Positions 10,073-22,131 are shown, counted from the whole stretch's first letter. The stretch is DNA of 59,775 nucleotides, filler included, from 6 parts of 6 records of this genome joined end to end with filler, not necessarily neighbours in it; one strand, 5' to 3'. The notes: generated by a model not told the origin, from the letters alone. Numbers and translations are program-made.

Positions 10073-10101
10073 AGTATAACTCCAAAAATTAGAATTTTCA
10101 A
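10073..10101 (-). promoter_or_regulatory. Sigma70-type promoter for the small peptide gene
   Basis: Minus strand TTGAAA (10101-10096), 17-bp spacer, TATACT (10078-10073). Confidence 0.65.
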
Positions 10102-10118
10102 GTAAGTTCGAATCTATA

Positions 10119-11375
10119 TTAGATATTTCTGGTCAAGTTGGCGTAAATACAATCAAATTTAGAGTGATCTAGAATGTTTAAGCCCCTTTTTAAAGCACTC
10201 CCATGACAGCGATTACAGAAGTTTTTGTCCTCACAGGTAGGACATTCTTTTAGATCCTTTAGTTTAATGCTGCGAATTTCATTTAGAATTTTAGAGTTTG
10301 TCCAGATCAATCTTAGCTTTTCATTTCTTATGTTTCCTGCTTTTTGGCGAATTTCAAGACATGGAAAGACGTTTCCTGCCGGATCAAGTGAAAAAAGTGC
10401 TCTGGCCGCATTACATGGTGGATCATTCGGGTCTTTATTTTTTAAGCGTGAAGTAATTTCTTTGCCGGCTGTTTTCATACATTTGAAAAGCTCAGCTTTT
10501 GAGATGTTTAATTCAGTTGGTGAATTGTCCCCGTTCCTTTTGGGAAACATTTCATAATTCATAACTGCCTCAACTTTTTCGTTGTTCAAAAAATCCAGCA
10601 TCTCTTTGAAAAAACTGACGTTATTGCTGTTGACACTTATCGCACCCTGAACTGAAACGCCTTGATCTTTCATAAAGCGGAGCGTTTTTACAGCCCAGTC
10701 AAATGAACCGGTAACGCCAGTAAAACGGTCATGGATCTTGGCGTTATGACCATGAATTGATACTTGAAATGTGGAGACTCCTTTTGCTGCAACTCTTTTT
10801 AGAAGATCATAGTCTGAATTAAACCCTGAACTCATGATAGAAACAGCGATCCTTTTTGATCTGAGGTAGTTGAAAATTGATTCAAAATCTTTATGCAACA
10901 GCGGATCGCCACCGGTAAGTACGGTATAGATACCGCCGAGGCTGCTAAAGTCATCTATCAATTCAAAATAATGTTCTTTTTTAAGCTCCTGTATTTCTTC
11001 AACTTCACTTCTATCAACATAGCAATGAGAGCAGTTTAAAGGACATCTGTATGTAAGCTCTAAAATAGCTGAAACCGGAACGATCTTTTCAGAGGCGTAA
11101 TTCACTAGTTCATCAAAAACGGTGTCACTTTCATTTTTCTTAGGATCTTTATCCGGACCAGTAGTTTTCAGTTGATCTCCCACAATGATTCCTGCATCTT
11201 TAAGTGCTAGAATAAATTCAGAACTTTCATCTGTGCCGCGGTTTTTGTCTTGATCGATCTTTTCAATGATCGTTCCTCCGGCTGAGTTGAGCTTATATTC
11301 TCTTGCGGATCTGTGGTCCAGCACAATAAAAAAGTCGTCATACCGCCTGTATGAAATAAAGGGTGATATTTTCAT
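10119..11375 (-). CDS. Radical SAM/SPASM peptide maturase with N-terminal PqqD-like RiPP recognition element
   Basis: CPLNCSHC (CxxxCxxC), TGGDP, SPASM C..GNVFPC..GNI..CPTCEDKNFCNRC..C; N-terminal LNSAGGTII..FILALKDAGII resembles an RRE; start ATG 11375 with AGAGG RBS. Confidence 0.9.
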   Translation of the reverse strand: MKISPFISYRRYDDFFIVLDHRSAREYKLNSAGGTIIEKIDQDKNRGTDESSEFILALKDAGIIVGDQLKTTGPDKDPKKNESDTVFDELVNYASEKIVPVSAILELTYRCPLNCSHCYVDRSEVEEIQELKKEHYFELIDDFSSLGGIYTVLTGGDPLLHKDFESIFNYLRSKRIAVSIMSSGFNSDYDLLKRVAAKGVSTFQVSIHGHNAKIHDRFTGVTGSFDWAVKTLRFMKDQGVSVQGAISVNSNNVSFFKEMLDFLNNEKVEAVMNYEMFPKRNGDNSPTELNISKAELFKCMKTAGKEITSRLKNKDPNDPPCNAARALFSLDPAGNVFPCLEIRQKAGNIRNEKLRLIWTNSKILNEIRSIKLKDLKECPTCEDKNFCNRCHGSALKRGLNILDHSKFDCIYANLTRNI

Positions 11376-11524
11376 AGATCCCTCTTTAAAGGTGATTTGA
11401 CTAAAAGTAATTCTTTTTGGTTTTGAAGTCAAATTCAAATATGTGCATATCTTGCTTTTTACTATAAATACAGTATAAAAATAGACTTGTTATTTAAAGT
11501 ATTCACTTTGGAATAAGAGAAGAT

Positions 11525-12421
11525 ATGACTGATTTAAAAAAGACGCTTTTCAAGTTGCTTGAAGGTTGGGAGTCAACAGTGCCTGAGGATGTTGTTCCTG
11601 TTATCCGTAAAAAAGTGCTTGAAATGGATGATAAAGTTGTTGAGGACTTTTTCAGGAAATTCGAGGTTGCCGGAGTTGATTGGGGTTTTTCTGAATACTC
11701 AATTTTTGTAAAAACGCTTCTGGATGAAACGCTTAACCATCTTTTAACTACCGAGATCAAAGGTGAAGAGAATCTTAAGAATGCTCTAGCAGACCTTAAA
11801 AAAGGTGATTATAAAAGACTTGTTATACTTTCAAATCATATGAGCTATTCAGACGCAAATATTATAGCCACATCTTTTGATAAATATTTTCAGGAAGCCG
11901 GACTAGGCGACATGCTATCTGTTATTGCAGGGCCTAAAGTCTTTACCCATCCGCTTCGTAAGTTGTCCAGCATGCATTTTAACCCGCTCCTCATTGCTCA
12001 GTCTCAATCTGTTGCAACTGGAGAGGCGACACTGCCGCTTAGAGTTATAGCCCGTGCTGCAGTTAAAGTTGTGAAGGACATTAAAGAGCATGTAAAGATC
12101 TTTCTTGTTTTCCCTGAAGGCAAAAGAAGTCGTGACGGAGCGCTTACAAGATTTCTTCCAGGGGTGTATAGACTTATTGATACCGGAGATGTGAGAGTTC
12201 TGCCTGTTTCAGTTCTTGGTGGAGATAAGTTTCTTCCTATTTCCTGTGCAAAGCTCAGCTATACTGATGTGAAAATAAACATCGGGCAGACAGAAGATAT
12301 AAAAGATATTCGTAAAAAGTATGAAAATATGCCGAATTTTAGACAGGATGCAATGGACCATTTTGGAAAAAAGGTTGCAGAACTTCATCCTGAAAAAAGA
12401 AGAGGAGTATACAGCGGATGA
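11525..12421 (+). CDS. Glycerol-3-phosphate / lysophospholipid acyltransferase (PlsC/GPAT family)
   Basis: NHMSYSD (HxxxxD), FPEGKRSRDG. Confidence 0.85.
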   Translation: MTDLKKTLFKLLEGWESTVPEDVVPVIRKKVLEMDDKVVEDFFRKFEVAGVDWGFSEYSIFVKTLLDETLNHLLTTEIKGEENLKNALADLKKGDYKRLVILSNHMSYSDANIIATSFDKYFQEAGLGDMLSVIAGPKVFTHPLRKLSSMHFNPLLIAQSQSVATGEATLPLRVIARAAVKVVKDIKEHVKIFLVFPEGKRSRDGALTRFLPGVYRLIDTGDVRVLPVSVLGGDKFLPISCAKLSYTDVKINIGQTEDIKDIRKKYENMPNFRQDAMDHFGKKVAELHPEKRRGVYSG

Positions 12422-14139
12422 GCAGAAAGCTTAACTCTCTGAAAGAAAAATTTACCGTTAGCCCCACACTTACTGTTCTTGTGGAATACCTGGAACAGAT
12501 GAAAAAGGAAAAGCTGTGGGATGATATGATAGGAGTGCTTGAGAACTGGAAGGGTTCTGAAACTCCCGAGGTAAACTTTTACAGAGGGCTTGCTTACATA
12601 AATACTGATCGTGTAGAAGAGGGAACGGTAGAGCTTAAAAAGGTGGTTGTTAAAAATCCTAACCATTTTGCTGCAAAACGAGAGCTTGATAAACTTGGTG
12701 TTTCAAAGGAAAGCGAGGAAAAGGAATTTGGCCCCGGAGCGGATCTTAGCAAGATTTTGGTCATTGATAAAACTCCAGAGACAGATGAGATGTATAGGGG
12801 GTTTTTCTTCCGCAATCTATTTTTAGCATTTATCTTCGCCATTTTAATAGGTGTCGGAATATACTGGTTCTTTATCAGAGAGGACAAAGCAGGGTTTTAT
12901 GAGGCGCTTCTTGAAGATCCCGAAGCAGGGTTTGTTTCGACAAGTTATTCAGAATACAGCCAGAAAGTTAAGAAGTTCAAGATCGTTGATATTAAGGAAG
13001 AGATTGGAGAGCCCGTTAAAAAAAGCATTCTCTATCTGACCGCTTTTGCTATGCTGGATTATCATCTTAGAGGTGAACTAGAAGAAGTTTCTCAGCTTAA
13101 GATGTATTCAACACTGATTACAGAAAAAGATGAAGATCTTCAGGATCTAATAGACTATGTTGAGGGTGTTTCTGCACCGAAAGGAACGCAACTTTACCAT
13201 AAACTTGAATCAGAATTCCCAGGATCGATGGCCCAGATCAAAAGGCTTAAGATCAAAGTTCCTAAAAAGGTTACGATGACTAATCTTAGGGAAAGTTTTT
13301 ATCTTGCGCTAATGTTCTTTAGAAGAAATGATCTTAATTCCGCTCAGACGATAGTAAGAAATATCCTTGCGGTTTCTAAAGAGTATGAGCTTGCGATGAA
13401 ACTGGAAATTATGATAAAAGCTGCAAGATCGATAGATAACAACCTCTCGCTTAGGGGTGTGGAAAAAGATATTTCGATCCTGGATAGATGGAAAACTCTG
13501 AGCATTGAAAGATACTACGGTGGAGAGGCAAGGATCCTTCTAGGAAGAGCTTCTCATCGATATGATGTTGAAAGAGATGGGTTTTACTCTGTTTGTCCCG
13601 GAAGAACCTTCTGCAGAGATATTGTAAAAAGCTTTATAAAAAGAGGAAATACGACTGAAGCATCAAGAATGGCTCTTTACATGAAGGAGCAGAAAGAGAA
13701 TAAAAGAGATGCCGAGGATGTGAAGTTGGTTATGGAAACAAGTTTTCTGGAAGGAGATTACAGCAACTGTTATTTTTCTTTTAGAGAGCTTCAGCAGTTT
13801 TTTCCAGGCGAAATAGATGGAGCCATTTTCAAACGCGGGGCAGAGTGCAGTGAACGAAATGGATATTTTGAAGAAGCAGTTGTAGCCTATGAAAAGATAA
13901 ATGCTAGAAATCCTGACCCTGTTATAACTTCAAAGATCCTGAGAATGAAATACAGGCTTTCTCAGGAAGAGTTGTTTTTTACTCAGCTTGAAAAACTGGC
14001 AGGAAAAAATCAGGATAACAAAGAAATTCTTTACAGTTTTCTAGATGCACTTAACAGAAAAGATGATCTAAATAAAACAATCCCTGTACTTGAAATGATC
14101 TACAAGCTGGAAAGCGATGACAAGAAGATCGGGATAATT
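12418..14139 (+). CDS. Membrane-anchored TPR-like protein, 3' truncated
   Basis: N-terminal TPR-like helices (FYRGLAY..NPNHFAA), one TM segment, further helical repeats; ATGA overlap with upstream gene. Confidence 0.6.
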
Positions 14140-14239
14140 NNNNNNNNNNNNNNNNNNNNNNNNNNNNNNNNNNNNNNNNNNNNTTAATTAATTAANNNNN
14201 NNNNNNNNNNNNNNNNNNNNNNNNNNNNNNNNNNNNNNN
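14140..14239. other. Artificial contig linker
   Basis: N-run with TTAATTAATTAA. Confidence 0.97.
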
Positions 14240-14422
14240 TCGGATTTTTACATAGATGCCAAAATATCATCACGAAAAAGATATAGGATACCATTGGTAA
14301 CCGATTCCGAAGGAATTATCTGGGTCGGCGGCCTGCGTCTTTCGGAAAGGGCCAAAGTCGGCTCCGCCGCGAAAAATATTCTCCTCTTAATACTTGAACC
14401 CGCAGGATGCATCGATTTGTAA
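14240..14422 (+). CDS. tilS: tRNA(Ile)-lysidine synthetase C-terminal fragment
   Basis: Hand translation SDFYIDAKISSRKRYRIPLVTDSEGIIWVGGLRLSERAKV matches the TilS_C pattern; tilS-ftsH synteny. Confidence 0.8.
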   Translation, partial: SDFYIDAKISSRKRYRIPLVTDSEGIIWVGGLRLSERAKVGSAAKNILLLILEPAGCIDL

Positions 14423-14590
14423 AAAAAGGAACGCTTTTTCCTCATAAAATCCGCCTGTCCGTCCGACAGATAGTATAAATTACCAAAATGTCGATTTTGG
14501 TTGAAGATTTGACTTACTTGGAATAAGAATTAAAGTAAGTATAATTGACGATTGAATCTCTATAAGGGATTTACATATTTTTAGGAGGAC

Positions 14591-16441
14591 GTGTTGAACC
14601 CTTTTTATAAAAATTTAGCTCTCTGGCTGGTTATCAGCCTGATGATGGTAGTACTTTTTAACCTGTTTAACAAGCCGCAGTCCATGAAGGACAAGGTTTC
14701 ATATAGCGACGTAATGTCCATGGTTGAAAGAGGCGAGGTTACCAGCGTTGTTATACGGGGAGAAGAAATCAGCGGTCAATTCATGGACGGCCGTAAATTC
14801 AAGTCATATGCTCCGAACGACCCCAACATGGTCAAAACCCTTCAGGAAAAAGGCGTACAGATTTCCGCGGAGCCGCTCGAAGATTCCCCATGGTACATGA
14901 CTGTTTTTATTTCCTGGTTTCCAATGATTCTGCTTATCGCGGTCTGGATTTTCTTTATGCGGCAAATGCAGAGCGGCGGAGGAAAAGCTCTTTCATTCGG
15001 CAAGAGCCGGGCCAGGTTGATGACCGAGGCTAGCGAAAAAGTCACTTTCGAGGACGTAGCCGGAATAGAAGAAGCCAAGGATGAACTGGAAGAGATAATT
15101 GAATTTCTTCGCGATCCCAAGAAATTCACCCGCCTTGGCGGCAGAATACCCAAAGGCGTATTGCTGATGGGCGCTCCGGGAACGGGCAAAACGCTCCTTG
15201 CCCGCGCCATTGCCGGTGAAGCCGGGGTTCCGTTTTTCAGCATCAGCGGCAGCGACTTTGTGGAAATGTTTGTCGGCGTGGGCGCATCCCGCGTTCGCGA
15301 CCTTTTTATTCAAAGCAAGAAAAACGCCCCCTGCATTGTATTCATAGATGAAATCGACGCTGTCGGCCGTCACAGGGGGGCGGGGCTTGGCGGCGGTCAT
15401 GACGAACGCGAACAGACCTTAAACCAGTTGCTGGTTGAAATGGACGGTTTTGAATCCAATGAAGGCGTCATCCTTATCGCGGCCACCAACCGGCCCGACG
15501 TGCTGGACCCGGCTTTGCTGAGGCCCGGCAGATTTGACCGCCAGGTTGTTGTGCCAGTGCCGGACATCAGGGGACGTGAGCAGATTCTCAAGGTTCATAG
15601 CCGCAGAATTCCCCTGGACGCCTCGGTTGATCTGGCTATCGTAGCCAGGGGCACACCCGGTTTTTCCGGCGCCGATCTTGAAAACCTGGTCAATGAAGCC
15701 GCCCTCATGGCCGCCAGGCAAAACAAGGAAAAAGTGGATTCAAGCGACCTGGACGGGGCCAAGGACAAAGTCCTGATGGGCACTGAACGTAAAAGTATGA
15801 TCATCAGCGAGGACGAGAAAAAGAATACTGCCTACCATGAAGCCGGACACGCCCTGGTGGCCAAGCTGATACCGGGCACGGACCCCATCCACAAGGTTAC
15901 GATTATTCCCAGGGGTCGGGCTTTGGGTTTGACTCAGCAGCTCCCCATAGATGAAAAACACACCTACGATCGCCAATTCCTGTATTCGAACCTGGCCATG
16001 CTATTGGGCGGCCGCGTCGCTGAAGAACTTGTTCTTAACCAGATGACCACGGGCGCCGGCAATGACATCGAAAGAGCCACGGAAATGGCCCGGAAAATGG
16101 TCTGTGAATGGGGCATGAGCGACGAGATGGGCCCCCTGACATTCGGTAAAAAGGACGAGCAGATATTTCTCGGCCGCGAGATATCCCAGCACCGCGACTA
16201 CAGCGAAAATACAGCTCAGCGCATTGATTCGGAAGTACGGCGGCTGGTGGTCGGCGGCCATGAAAAAGCCACGGATCTTTTGAGCCGTCATATAGACACC
16301 TTGCATAAATTCGCTGAAACGTTGCTGGATAAAGAAACATTGGATGGACCGGAGATAGATAAAATTGTCGCGGAAGCCGTGGAAGCCGAACTTGGCAAGC
16401 CGGAAGAAGAAGAAAAACAGGGCGAATTCGATATCGAGTAG
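14591..16441 (+). CDS. ftsH: ATP-dependent zinc metalloprotease FtsH
   Basis: Two TMs, [35 protein letters not shown]. Confidence 0.99.
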   Translation: MLNPFYKNLALWLVISLMMVVLFNLFNKPQSMKDKVSYSDVMSMVERGEVTSVVIRGEEISGQFMDGRKFKSYAPNDPNMVKTLQEKGVQISAEPLEDSPWYMTVFISWFPMILLIAVWIFFMRQMQSGGGKALSFGKSRARLMTEASEKVTFEDVAGIEEAKDELEEIIEFLRDPKKFTRLGGRIPKGVLLMGAPGTGKTLLARAIAGEAGVPFFSISGSDFVEMFVGVGASRVRDLFIQSKKNAPCIVFIDEIDAVGRHRGAGLGGGHDEREQTLNQLLVEMDGFESNEGVILIAATNRPDVLDPALLRPGRFDRQVVVPVPDIRGREQILKVHSRRIPLDASVDLAIVARGTPGFSGADLENLVNEAALMAARQNKEKVDSSDLDGAKDKVLMGTERKSMIISEDEKKNTAYHEAGHALVAKLIPGTDPIHKVTIIPRGRALGLTQQLPIDEKHTYDRQFLYSNLAMLLGGRVAEELVLNQMTTGAGNDIERATEMARKMVCEWGMSDEMGPLTFGKKDEQIFLGREISQHRDYSENTAQRIDSEVRRLVVGGHEKATDLLSRHIDTLHKFAETLLDKETLDGPEIDKIVAEAVEAELGKPEEEEKQGEFDIE

Positions 16442-16459
16442 CCGGAGCATCTAAACGAC

Positions 16460-17311
16460 ATGAAGAAATTCCTTTTCCAGTGGGGGAAGTGGACTTTGGA
16501 CCTGTCTTCCCGGCCGCATATAATGGGTATTGTCAACGTCACGCCTGATTCATTTTCGGACGGAGGAGATTTTTTTTCTCCGCAAAAGGCTATTGACCAG
16601 GGCTTGGCCCTGGTTGAAGAAGGCGCCGATATTCTGGATGTGGGCGGAGAATCAACCAGGCCCGGCGCGCCTCAAGTCAGCGAGCAGGAAGAAATGGACC
16701 GGGTCATACCGGTAATTGAAGCCCTGACCGCTGAAGTAGACGTCCCCATTTCTATCGATACATACAAATCGTCAGTGGCAAGGGAAGCCCTGAACGCCGG
16801 CGCCGCTATTGTCAACGACGTCAGCGCGGGCCGTTTGGATCCGGAAATATTCAACGTTACCGCGCGGGCGGGGGCGCCCCTGATTCTGATGCACATGAAG
16901 GGCGTGCCCCGAAACATGCAGGACAACCCGGTATACGACGATCTATTGGGAGAGATCAGAACCTTTTTGGATGAAGCCGTCCAAAAGGCTGTAAGCGCCG
17001 GGGTTCAAAAAGAAATGATAATACTGGATCCTGGAATCGGATTCGGAAAGACTTTTCAACACAATCTTATATTGATCAACAGACTGCGGGAACTGACTAC
17101 AGGCGAACATCCCTGGCTGGTCGGACCGTCCCGAAAAGCTTTTTTGGGACATATTTTAGGCGGGGCGCCTCCAAAGCAGCGAGACGACGCTACCAGCGTC
17201 ATCACGGCCCTGGCCGCATATAACGGCGCCGATATTTTAAGAGTTCACAATGTCGGCCGTGCAAGGGAAGCATTAACCGTGGTCAAGGCTGTTATGGAAG
17301 AACATGCCTGA
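16460..17311 (+). CDS. folP: Dihydropteroate synthase
   Basis: MGIVNVTPDSFSDGG, GGESTRPG, DPGIGFGK, SRK, RVHNV. Confidence 0.98.
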   Translation: MKKFLFQWGKWTLDLSSRPHIMGIVNVTPDSFSDGGDFFSPQKAIDQGLALVEEGADILDVGGESTRPGAPQVSEQEEMDRVIPVIEALTAEVDVPISIDTYKSSVAREALNAGAAIVNDVSAGRLDPEIFNVTARAGAPLILMHMKGVPRNMQDNPVYDDLLGEIRTFLDEAVQKAVSAGVQKEMIILDPGIGFGKTFQHNLILINRLRELTTGEHPWLVGPSRKAFLGHILGGAPPKQRDDATSVITALAAYNGADILRVHNVGRAREALTVVKAVMEEHA

Positions 17312-18119
17312 ACTGACTGAAGTCCTCAGTTTCATCAAATCCATGAGATGGCAGGATTGGATTGACATTCTGATCGTGACCGTCATTATTTACCAGGCTA
17401 TCAGGCTTATCCGCGGCACCAGGTCAATGCAGATGATGCTTGGCCTGGCCATTGTCGTGGCCGCTTATGTTTTTTCCACCGAATTCGAATTGCTGACCCT
17501 TAACTGGATCCTGAGCAACTTTCTCACCTATATTATATTAATTCTGGTTATCCTGTTTCAATCCGATATCAGGCGCGCCCTGACCCAGGTGGCCAAATTG
17601 TCTTTCGGGCGCACCAGCCCTGAAGTCATGTCCGCCCTGGGTGAAGTCGTACGGGCCGTCTTTATTATGGCCGAAAAGAGAATCGGCGCACTGATCGCCT
17701 TTGAAAGGGATGTCGGACTCAAGAACTATATAGAGGTCGGAACCACGCTTGACGCAAAAATGTCGGACGACCTTTTATACAGCATCTTTTTTCCGCCATC
17801 CCCCTTGCATGACGGCGCCGTAGTTGTACAGGAAGGCAGAATCGCAGCGGCAGCCTGTTTCCTGCCGCTATCCACAGAAGACGATGTCAGCAGGTATTTC
17901 GGCACCAGGCACCGCGCGGCCATTGGCTTGACCAGGGAAACCGACGCCGTGGTCATAGTCGTTTCAGAGGAAAGAGGTCTTGTTTCCCTGGTCAAGGACG
18001 GCGAAGTCAGCGTGATGATGGATCAAAATGAACTTCGGGATAAATTGGCCGGATTGCTGAACCTGACTATTGCCGGTTACGTTGACCTTGAGGAAAACGG
18101 GGCGTCCTATGTTGATTAG
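17304..18119 (+). CDS. cdaA: Diadenylate cyclase CdaA/DacA
   Basis: Three N-terminal TMs, LHDGA and GTRHRAA catalytic motifs, VSEE. Confidence 0.95.
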   Translation: MPELTEVLSFIKSMRWQDWIDILIVTVIIYQAIRLIRGTRSMQMMLGLAIVVAAYVFSTEFELLTLNWILSNFLTYIILILVILFQSDIRRALTQVAKLSFGRTSPEVMSALGEVVRAVFIMAEKRIGALIAFERDVGLKNYIEVGTTLDAKMSDDLLYSIFFPPSPLHDGAVVVQEGRIAAAACFLPLSTEDDVSRYFGTRHRAAIGLTRETDAVVIVVSEERGLVSLVKDGEVSVMMDQNELRDKLAGLLNLTIAGYVDLEENGASYVD

Positions 18120-19077
18120 GGATGTATTCACCCGCAACATCGGGGTAAAACTTCTTTCCCTGGTCCTGGCCATAGTGCTTTGGTACATGGCTGTCGGACG
18201 AGAACGGGCCGAAGTGGGCCTGAACGTCCCCCTCGAATTGGTCAACTTTCCAAAGGATATGGTAATATCCAATCAAATCCCGGACGGCGTCAGCGTACGT
18301 ATTCGAGGCAGTGTGGCCCAAACCCGCCAGATGGCCGACCGCAAGCTTCGTTTCAGCCTCAACCTGGCCGGAGCGAAAAAGGGGCCGAACAAGTTTTCCC
18401 TGCTGGCCGACAACCTGAACATTCCCAGGGGACTTGAAATCACCCACATGGCCCCCACCGAAGTGGTCGTGGAATTGGAAGGTCTGGCCACAAAAACGGT
18501 CAGCCTGCTGCCCGTCATAAAGGGCGAGCCCGTCGCCGGTTACATTATTGAAGATATCACCCTTAATCCCAAGCAGGTCGAAGTCCGGGGCCCTGAAAGC
18601 TACATTGAAAAGTTGAACATTCTTTGGACCGAGCCGGTCGACGTTACGACTCTCAAACAATCGACCAAAATAGTCACCCGGCCGTCCCTGCCAAACCCGG
18701 CCTTGAGCCTGGTTGATGTCAAGGAAATTGAGGCCGACCTGAAAATCGGAGAAAAAATAGTCACCCGGGCGTTCAATGACGTCCTCGTCCAGCCGATAAG
18801 GCCGGATACTGAAAAAAACAAATTTGAACTTTCTCCTAATAAAGTTGATATTACCATCCGTGGACCGTTGAACACAATGACCGGGCTTGTTACCGGGGAA
18901 GCAATGAAAGTAAGGGTCAACCTGGCCGGCTTGGAGCCTGGCAAGCATGAAAGGCTTCTCATTGTGGCTATCCCGCCCAACATGGAAGTTGTGAAGGTTG
19001 ATCCCAAAGTAATCCGGATAGAAGTATTTGAAGAGGAAGAGGATGAGCATGACCGAAAGAGAGCTTTTTGGCACTGA
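18109..19077 (+). CDS. cdaR: CdaR/YbbR-like regulator
   Basis: [12 protein letters not shown] anchor, repeated V-x-V-x-G-P YbbR domains, position between cdaA and glmM. Confidence 0.88.
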   Translation: MLIRDVFTRNIGVKLLSLVLAIVLWYMAVGRERAEVGLNVPLELVNFPKDMVISNQIPDGVSVRIRGSVAQTRQMADRKLRFSLNLAGAKKGPNKFSLLADNLNIPRGLEITHMAPTEVVVELEGLATKTVSLLPVIKGEPVAGYIIEDITLNPKQVEVRGPESYIEKLNILWTEPVDVTTLKQSTKIVTRPSLPNPALSLVDVKEIEADLKIGEKIVTRAFNDVLVQPIRPDTEKNKFELSPNKVDITIRGPLNTMTGLVTGEAMKVRVNLAGLEPGKHERLLIVAIPPNMEVVKVDPKVIRIEVFEEEEDEHDRKRAFWH

Positions 19078-20407
19078 CGGCGTCAGGGGAGTGGCCAACG
19101 TTCACCCGATGACCACTGAAATCGCCATGCAGATTGGCCGGGCAGCCGCCCATTTTTCCAAAAAGAGCGGGCAAAGAAGACACAAAATAGTAATCGGCAA
19201 GGACACGCGCCTGTCCGGGTACATGATTGAAAATGCACTGGCCAGCGGTATATGCTCCATGGGCGTGGATGTTCTGCTCGTCGGTCCCCTGCCGACTCCG
19301 GGCATTGCTTTCCTGACCCACAGCATGAGAGCCGACGCCGGCGTAGTGATATCCGCTTCCCACAATCCCTTTCAGGACAACGGCATAAAGATTTTCTCTT
19401 CCGATGGATTCAAGCTTCCCGATGAAGTGGAATCCCAGATGGAAGACATGATTTTCGGAGGCGACATAGACTCTCTCCGGCCGACCGCCCAGGACGTCGG
19501 CAAAGCTTTTCGTATTGATGACGCCCGGGGCCGGTTTATTGTATTTCTTAAAAATACTTTTCCCCGAGGTCTGACCCTGGACGGGTTGAAAATCGTAGTT
19601 GATTGCGCCAATGGCGCCGCGTACAAATGCGCCCCTTCCGTATTCGAAGAACTGGGGGCCAAGGTCCATTTGATAGGCGTTGATCCTGATGGAGAAAACA
19701 TAAATCGCGACTGCGGCTCCCTTCATCCGGACGTGACCGCGGAAAAAGTAAGGCAAACAGGCGCGGACCTGGGCATTGCCCTGGACGGCGACGCCGACCG
19801 GGTGATTTTTATTGATAACAAGGGCGACATTGTCGACGGCGACCGGATCATGGCTATCTGCGCAGTGGATCTGCAATCGCGCGGCAAATTGCTCAAGGAC
19901 ACGGTCGTGGCCACGGTCATGAGCAATATGGGTCTGGAAGTCGCCCTGCGCGATAAAAAAATCGATCTTAAACGAACCAACGTCGGAGACAGGTACGTAG
20001 TGGAGCTCATGCGGTCCGAAGGCTACAATTTCGGCGGCGAACAATCCGGCCACATGATTTTTCTGGACCATAACACCACCGGCGATGGAATCCTTACCGC
20101 TCTGCAGGTGCTGGCCGTCATGCAACGGGATGGACGTTCGCTGGACGAATTGAGCCGGGTTATGGAAACTTTCCCTCAGGTTCTGGTAAACGTCCGGGTT
20201 TCCAGGCGAGAGGACTTAACGCAGGTTCCTGAAATCGAGTCGCAGTGTTGCAAGGTCCGCGACAGGCTGGGCGACAAGGGTCGTCTTCTTGTCAGGTTTT
20301 CCGGGACGGAGCCGCTGGTCAGGGTCATGGTTGAAGGGGAAGACGACGATCTTATCGGCGACCTGGCCGGAGAAACCGCATCAATTATTGAAAAAGCGCT
20401 GGGGTGA
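19049..20407 (+). CDS. glmM: Phosphoglucosamine mutase
   Basis: [36 protein letters not shown]; start could be 19043. Confidence 0.97.
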   Translation: MTERELFGTDGVRGVANVHPMTTEIAMQIGRAAAHFSKKSGQRRHKIVIGKDTRLSGYMIENALASGICSMGVDVLLVGPLPTPGIAFLTHSMRADAGVVISASHNPFQDNGIKIFSSDGFKLPDEVESQMEDMIFGGDIDSLRPTAQDVGKAFRIDDARGRFIVFLKNTFPRGLTLDGLKIVVDCANGAAYKCAPSVFEELGAKVHLIGVDPDGENINRDCGSLHPDVTAEKVRQTGADLGIALDGDADRVIFIDNKGDIVDGDRIMAICAVDLQSRGKLLKDTVVATVMSNMGLEVALRDKKIDLKRTNVGDRYVVELMRSEGYNFGGEQSGHMIFLDHNTTGDGILTALQVLAVMQRDGRSLDELSRVMETFPQVLVNVRVSRREDLTQVPEIESQCCKVRDRLGDKGRLLVRFSGTEPLVRVMVEGEDDDLIGDLAGETASIIEKALG

Positions 20408-20411
20408 TAAC

Positions 20412-21200
20412 ATGTTACTAGCAATTGACGTTGGCAATACCAATACCGTTATCGGGGCTATTGACGGAAGCGAGTTGCTCGCTGATTGGCGCGTCAGAAC
20501 CGAACGCGACATCACCGTTGATGAAATGGGCATGCTGATGAAGAATCTGTTTGAATCCAAAAAAATGGATTTTTCAGCCATAAAAGCCGTAATCGTTTCC
20601 AGTGTTGTCCCGCCCATGCTCAACACTTTAGAAGGCTTTTCAAGAAAATACGTGGGCGCGGAAGCTCTTTTTGTCGGCCCGGGTATAAAAACCGGCATGC
20701 CCATTTATTACGACAATCCCAGGGAAGTCGGCGCCGACCGCATAGTCAATGCTGTCGCTGCTTTTGAAAAATACCAGAAAGCCCTTATAATTGTCGATTT
20801 TGGAACAGCCACCACCTTTGACTATATTTCTCCCAAGGGAGAATACATCGGCGGCGCCATTGCTCCCGGGCTGATTATTTCCAGTGAAGCCCTGTTCCAG
20901 AAAGCCAGCAGGCTGCCCCGCGTGGAAATATTCGCCCGCCCCAAAAAGGTCGTGGGCAAGGACACCATCGGCAGCATGAACGCCGGCTTGGTCTTTGGAT
21001 ACGTGGGTCTGGTGGACGGGCTGATCAGCCGCATGAAAGCGGAAGTGGCCGCCGATCCCCTGGTTATTGCCACGGGTGGTTTGGCCCCTCTCATTGCCGG
21101 CGAATCCGAAGCCATTGATGAAGTGTCTCCGGATCTGACTCTTGAAGGCCTGCGTATAATTTACGAACGAAATTGCGCCGGCCGTGAAGAAGAAAAATGA
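20412..21200 (+). CDS. coaX: Type III pantothenate kinase
   Basis: [35 protein letters not shown]. Confidence 0.96.
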   Translation: MLLAIDVGNTNTVIGAIDGSELLADWRVRTERDITVDEMGMLMKNLFESKKMDFSAIKAVIVSSVVPPMLNTLEGFSRKYVGAEALFVGPGIKTGMPIYYDNPREVGADRIVNAVAAFEKYQKALIIVDFGTATTFDYISPKGEYIGGAIAPGLIISSEALFQKASRLPRVEIFARPKKVVGKDTIGSMNAGLVFGYVGLVDGLISRMKAEVAADPLVIATGGLAPLIAGESEAIDEVSPDLTLEGLRIIYERNCAGREEEK

Positions 21201-22093
21201 TACTGCCTCCTCCGCTTAAACCCGGCGATCTCATAGGAGTGGCCGCTCCGGCGGGGCCGTTTTCACTGGATCGCTTTGAAGCGGGGCTGGCCCGATTGGA
21301 AAAGATGGGCTTCCAAACCCGTTGTCCAGGTCAAATCTTTGATAAAAACGGCTTCCTGGCCGGAAAAGACGAACATAGGCTGCACACCCTTGAAACGCTC
21401 CTTTTCGATCCGGATATTAAAGCGGTTATCTGCGCCCGGGGCGGGTACGGCGCCATGCGCATTCTTGAAGACGTCAATTATGAAAAGCTGAAAGAATCTC
21501 CGAAATTCTTTATTGGTTTTTCAGACCTGACCGCCCTGCACCTGGCCTTTCACAACACCATCGGCCTTGTGTCCATTCACGGGCCGGTTGTGACCTCGCT
21601 GGCCGAAGCAGATGAAGAAACCGCGTCCCATTTATTAAAACTTGTGTGCGGCCAAAATCCGTTCCCCATCCGCCCGGCCAATACCGTCGCCCTGCGGCCC
21701 GGTCGCGCCCGCGGCAGGTTGTTGGGCGGAAACATGACCTTGTTCGTCCATCTCCTGGCCACACGATGGATGCCCGCCCTTGACGGCGCCGTTCTTTTCC
21801 TGGAAGACGTGAGCGAGTCGCCCTACAGGGTGGATCGCATGTTGATGACATTGAAGCTTTCCGGCGTCCTGGGCAGAGTCAAAGGGGTTATATTGGGCGA
21901 TTTTAATGACTGCGGCCCTGATAATGAAATTTCCGCCATTCTGGCCGACGGATTCAGCGATTTCTCCGGGCCGGTCCTGTCCGGCTTTCCAATCGGCCAT
22001 AAGACCAAAAATCTGGCCCTTCCCTTTGGACTTGAAGTGGAAATTGACGCCGACGCCGGCTGTCTGGACCTTAAAGAACCATACCACTCCTAA
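21197..22093 (+). CDS. LD-carboxypeptidase (peptidase S66)
   Basis: [25 protein letters not shown]. Confidence 0.92.
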   Translation: MILPPPLKPGDLIGVAAPAGPFSLDRFEAGLARLEKMGFQTRCPGQIFDKNGFLAGKDEHRLHTLETLLFDPDIKAVICARGGYGAMRILEDVNYEKLKESPKFFIGFSDLTALHLAFHNTIGLVSIHGPVVTSLAEADEETASHLLKLVCGQNPFPIRPANTVALRPGRARGRLLGGNMTLFVHLLATRWMPALDGAVLFLEDVSESPYRVDRMLMTLKLSGVLGRVKGVILGDFNDCGPDNEISAILADGFSDFSGPVLSGFPIGHKTKNLALPFGLEVEIDADAGCLDLKEPYHS

Positions 22094-22131
22094 GGGCGGA
22101 ACAGGAGTCAGATGGTTAAAAGTATTAAATT

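Noticed and set aside
10119-11375. Calling the rSAM PqqE, MftC or a heme-synthesis NirJ/Ahb enzyme
   Set aside because: No pqq, mft or ahb genes adjacent; the neighbouring peptide lacks the PqqA E-x3-Y and MftA IDGxCGVY motifs.
18067-20125. Long antisense ORFs (343 and 385 aa) opposite cdaR and glmM
   Set aside because: Shadow frames of well-supported genes in GC-rich DNA; no motifs.
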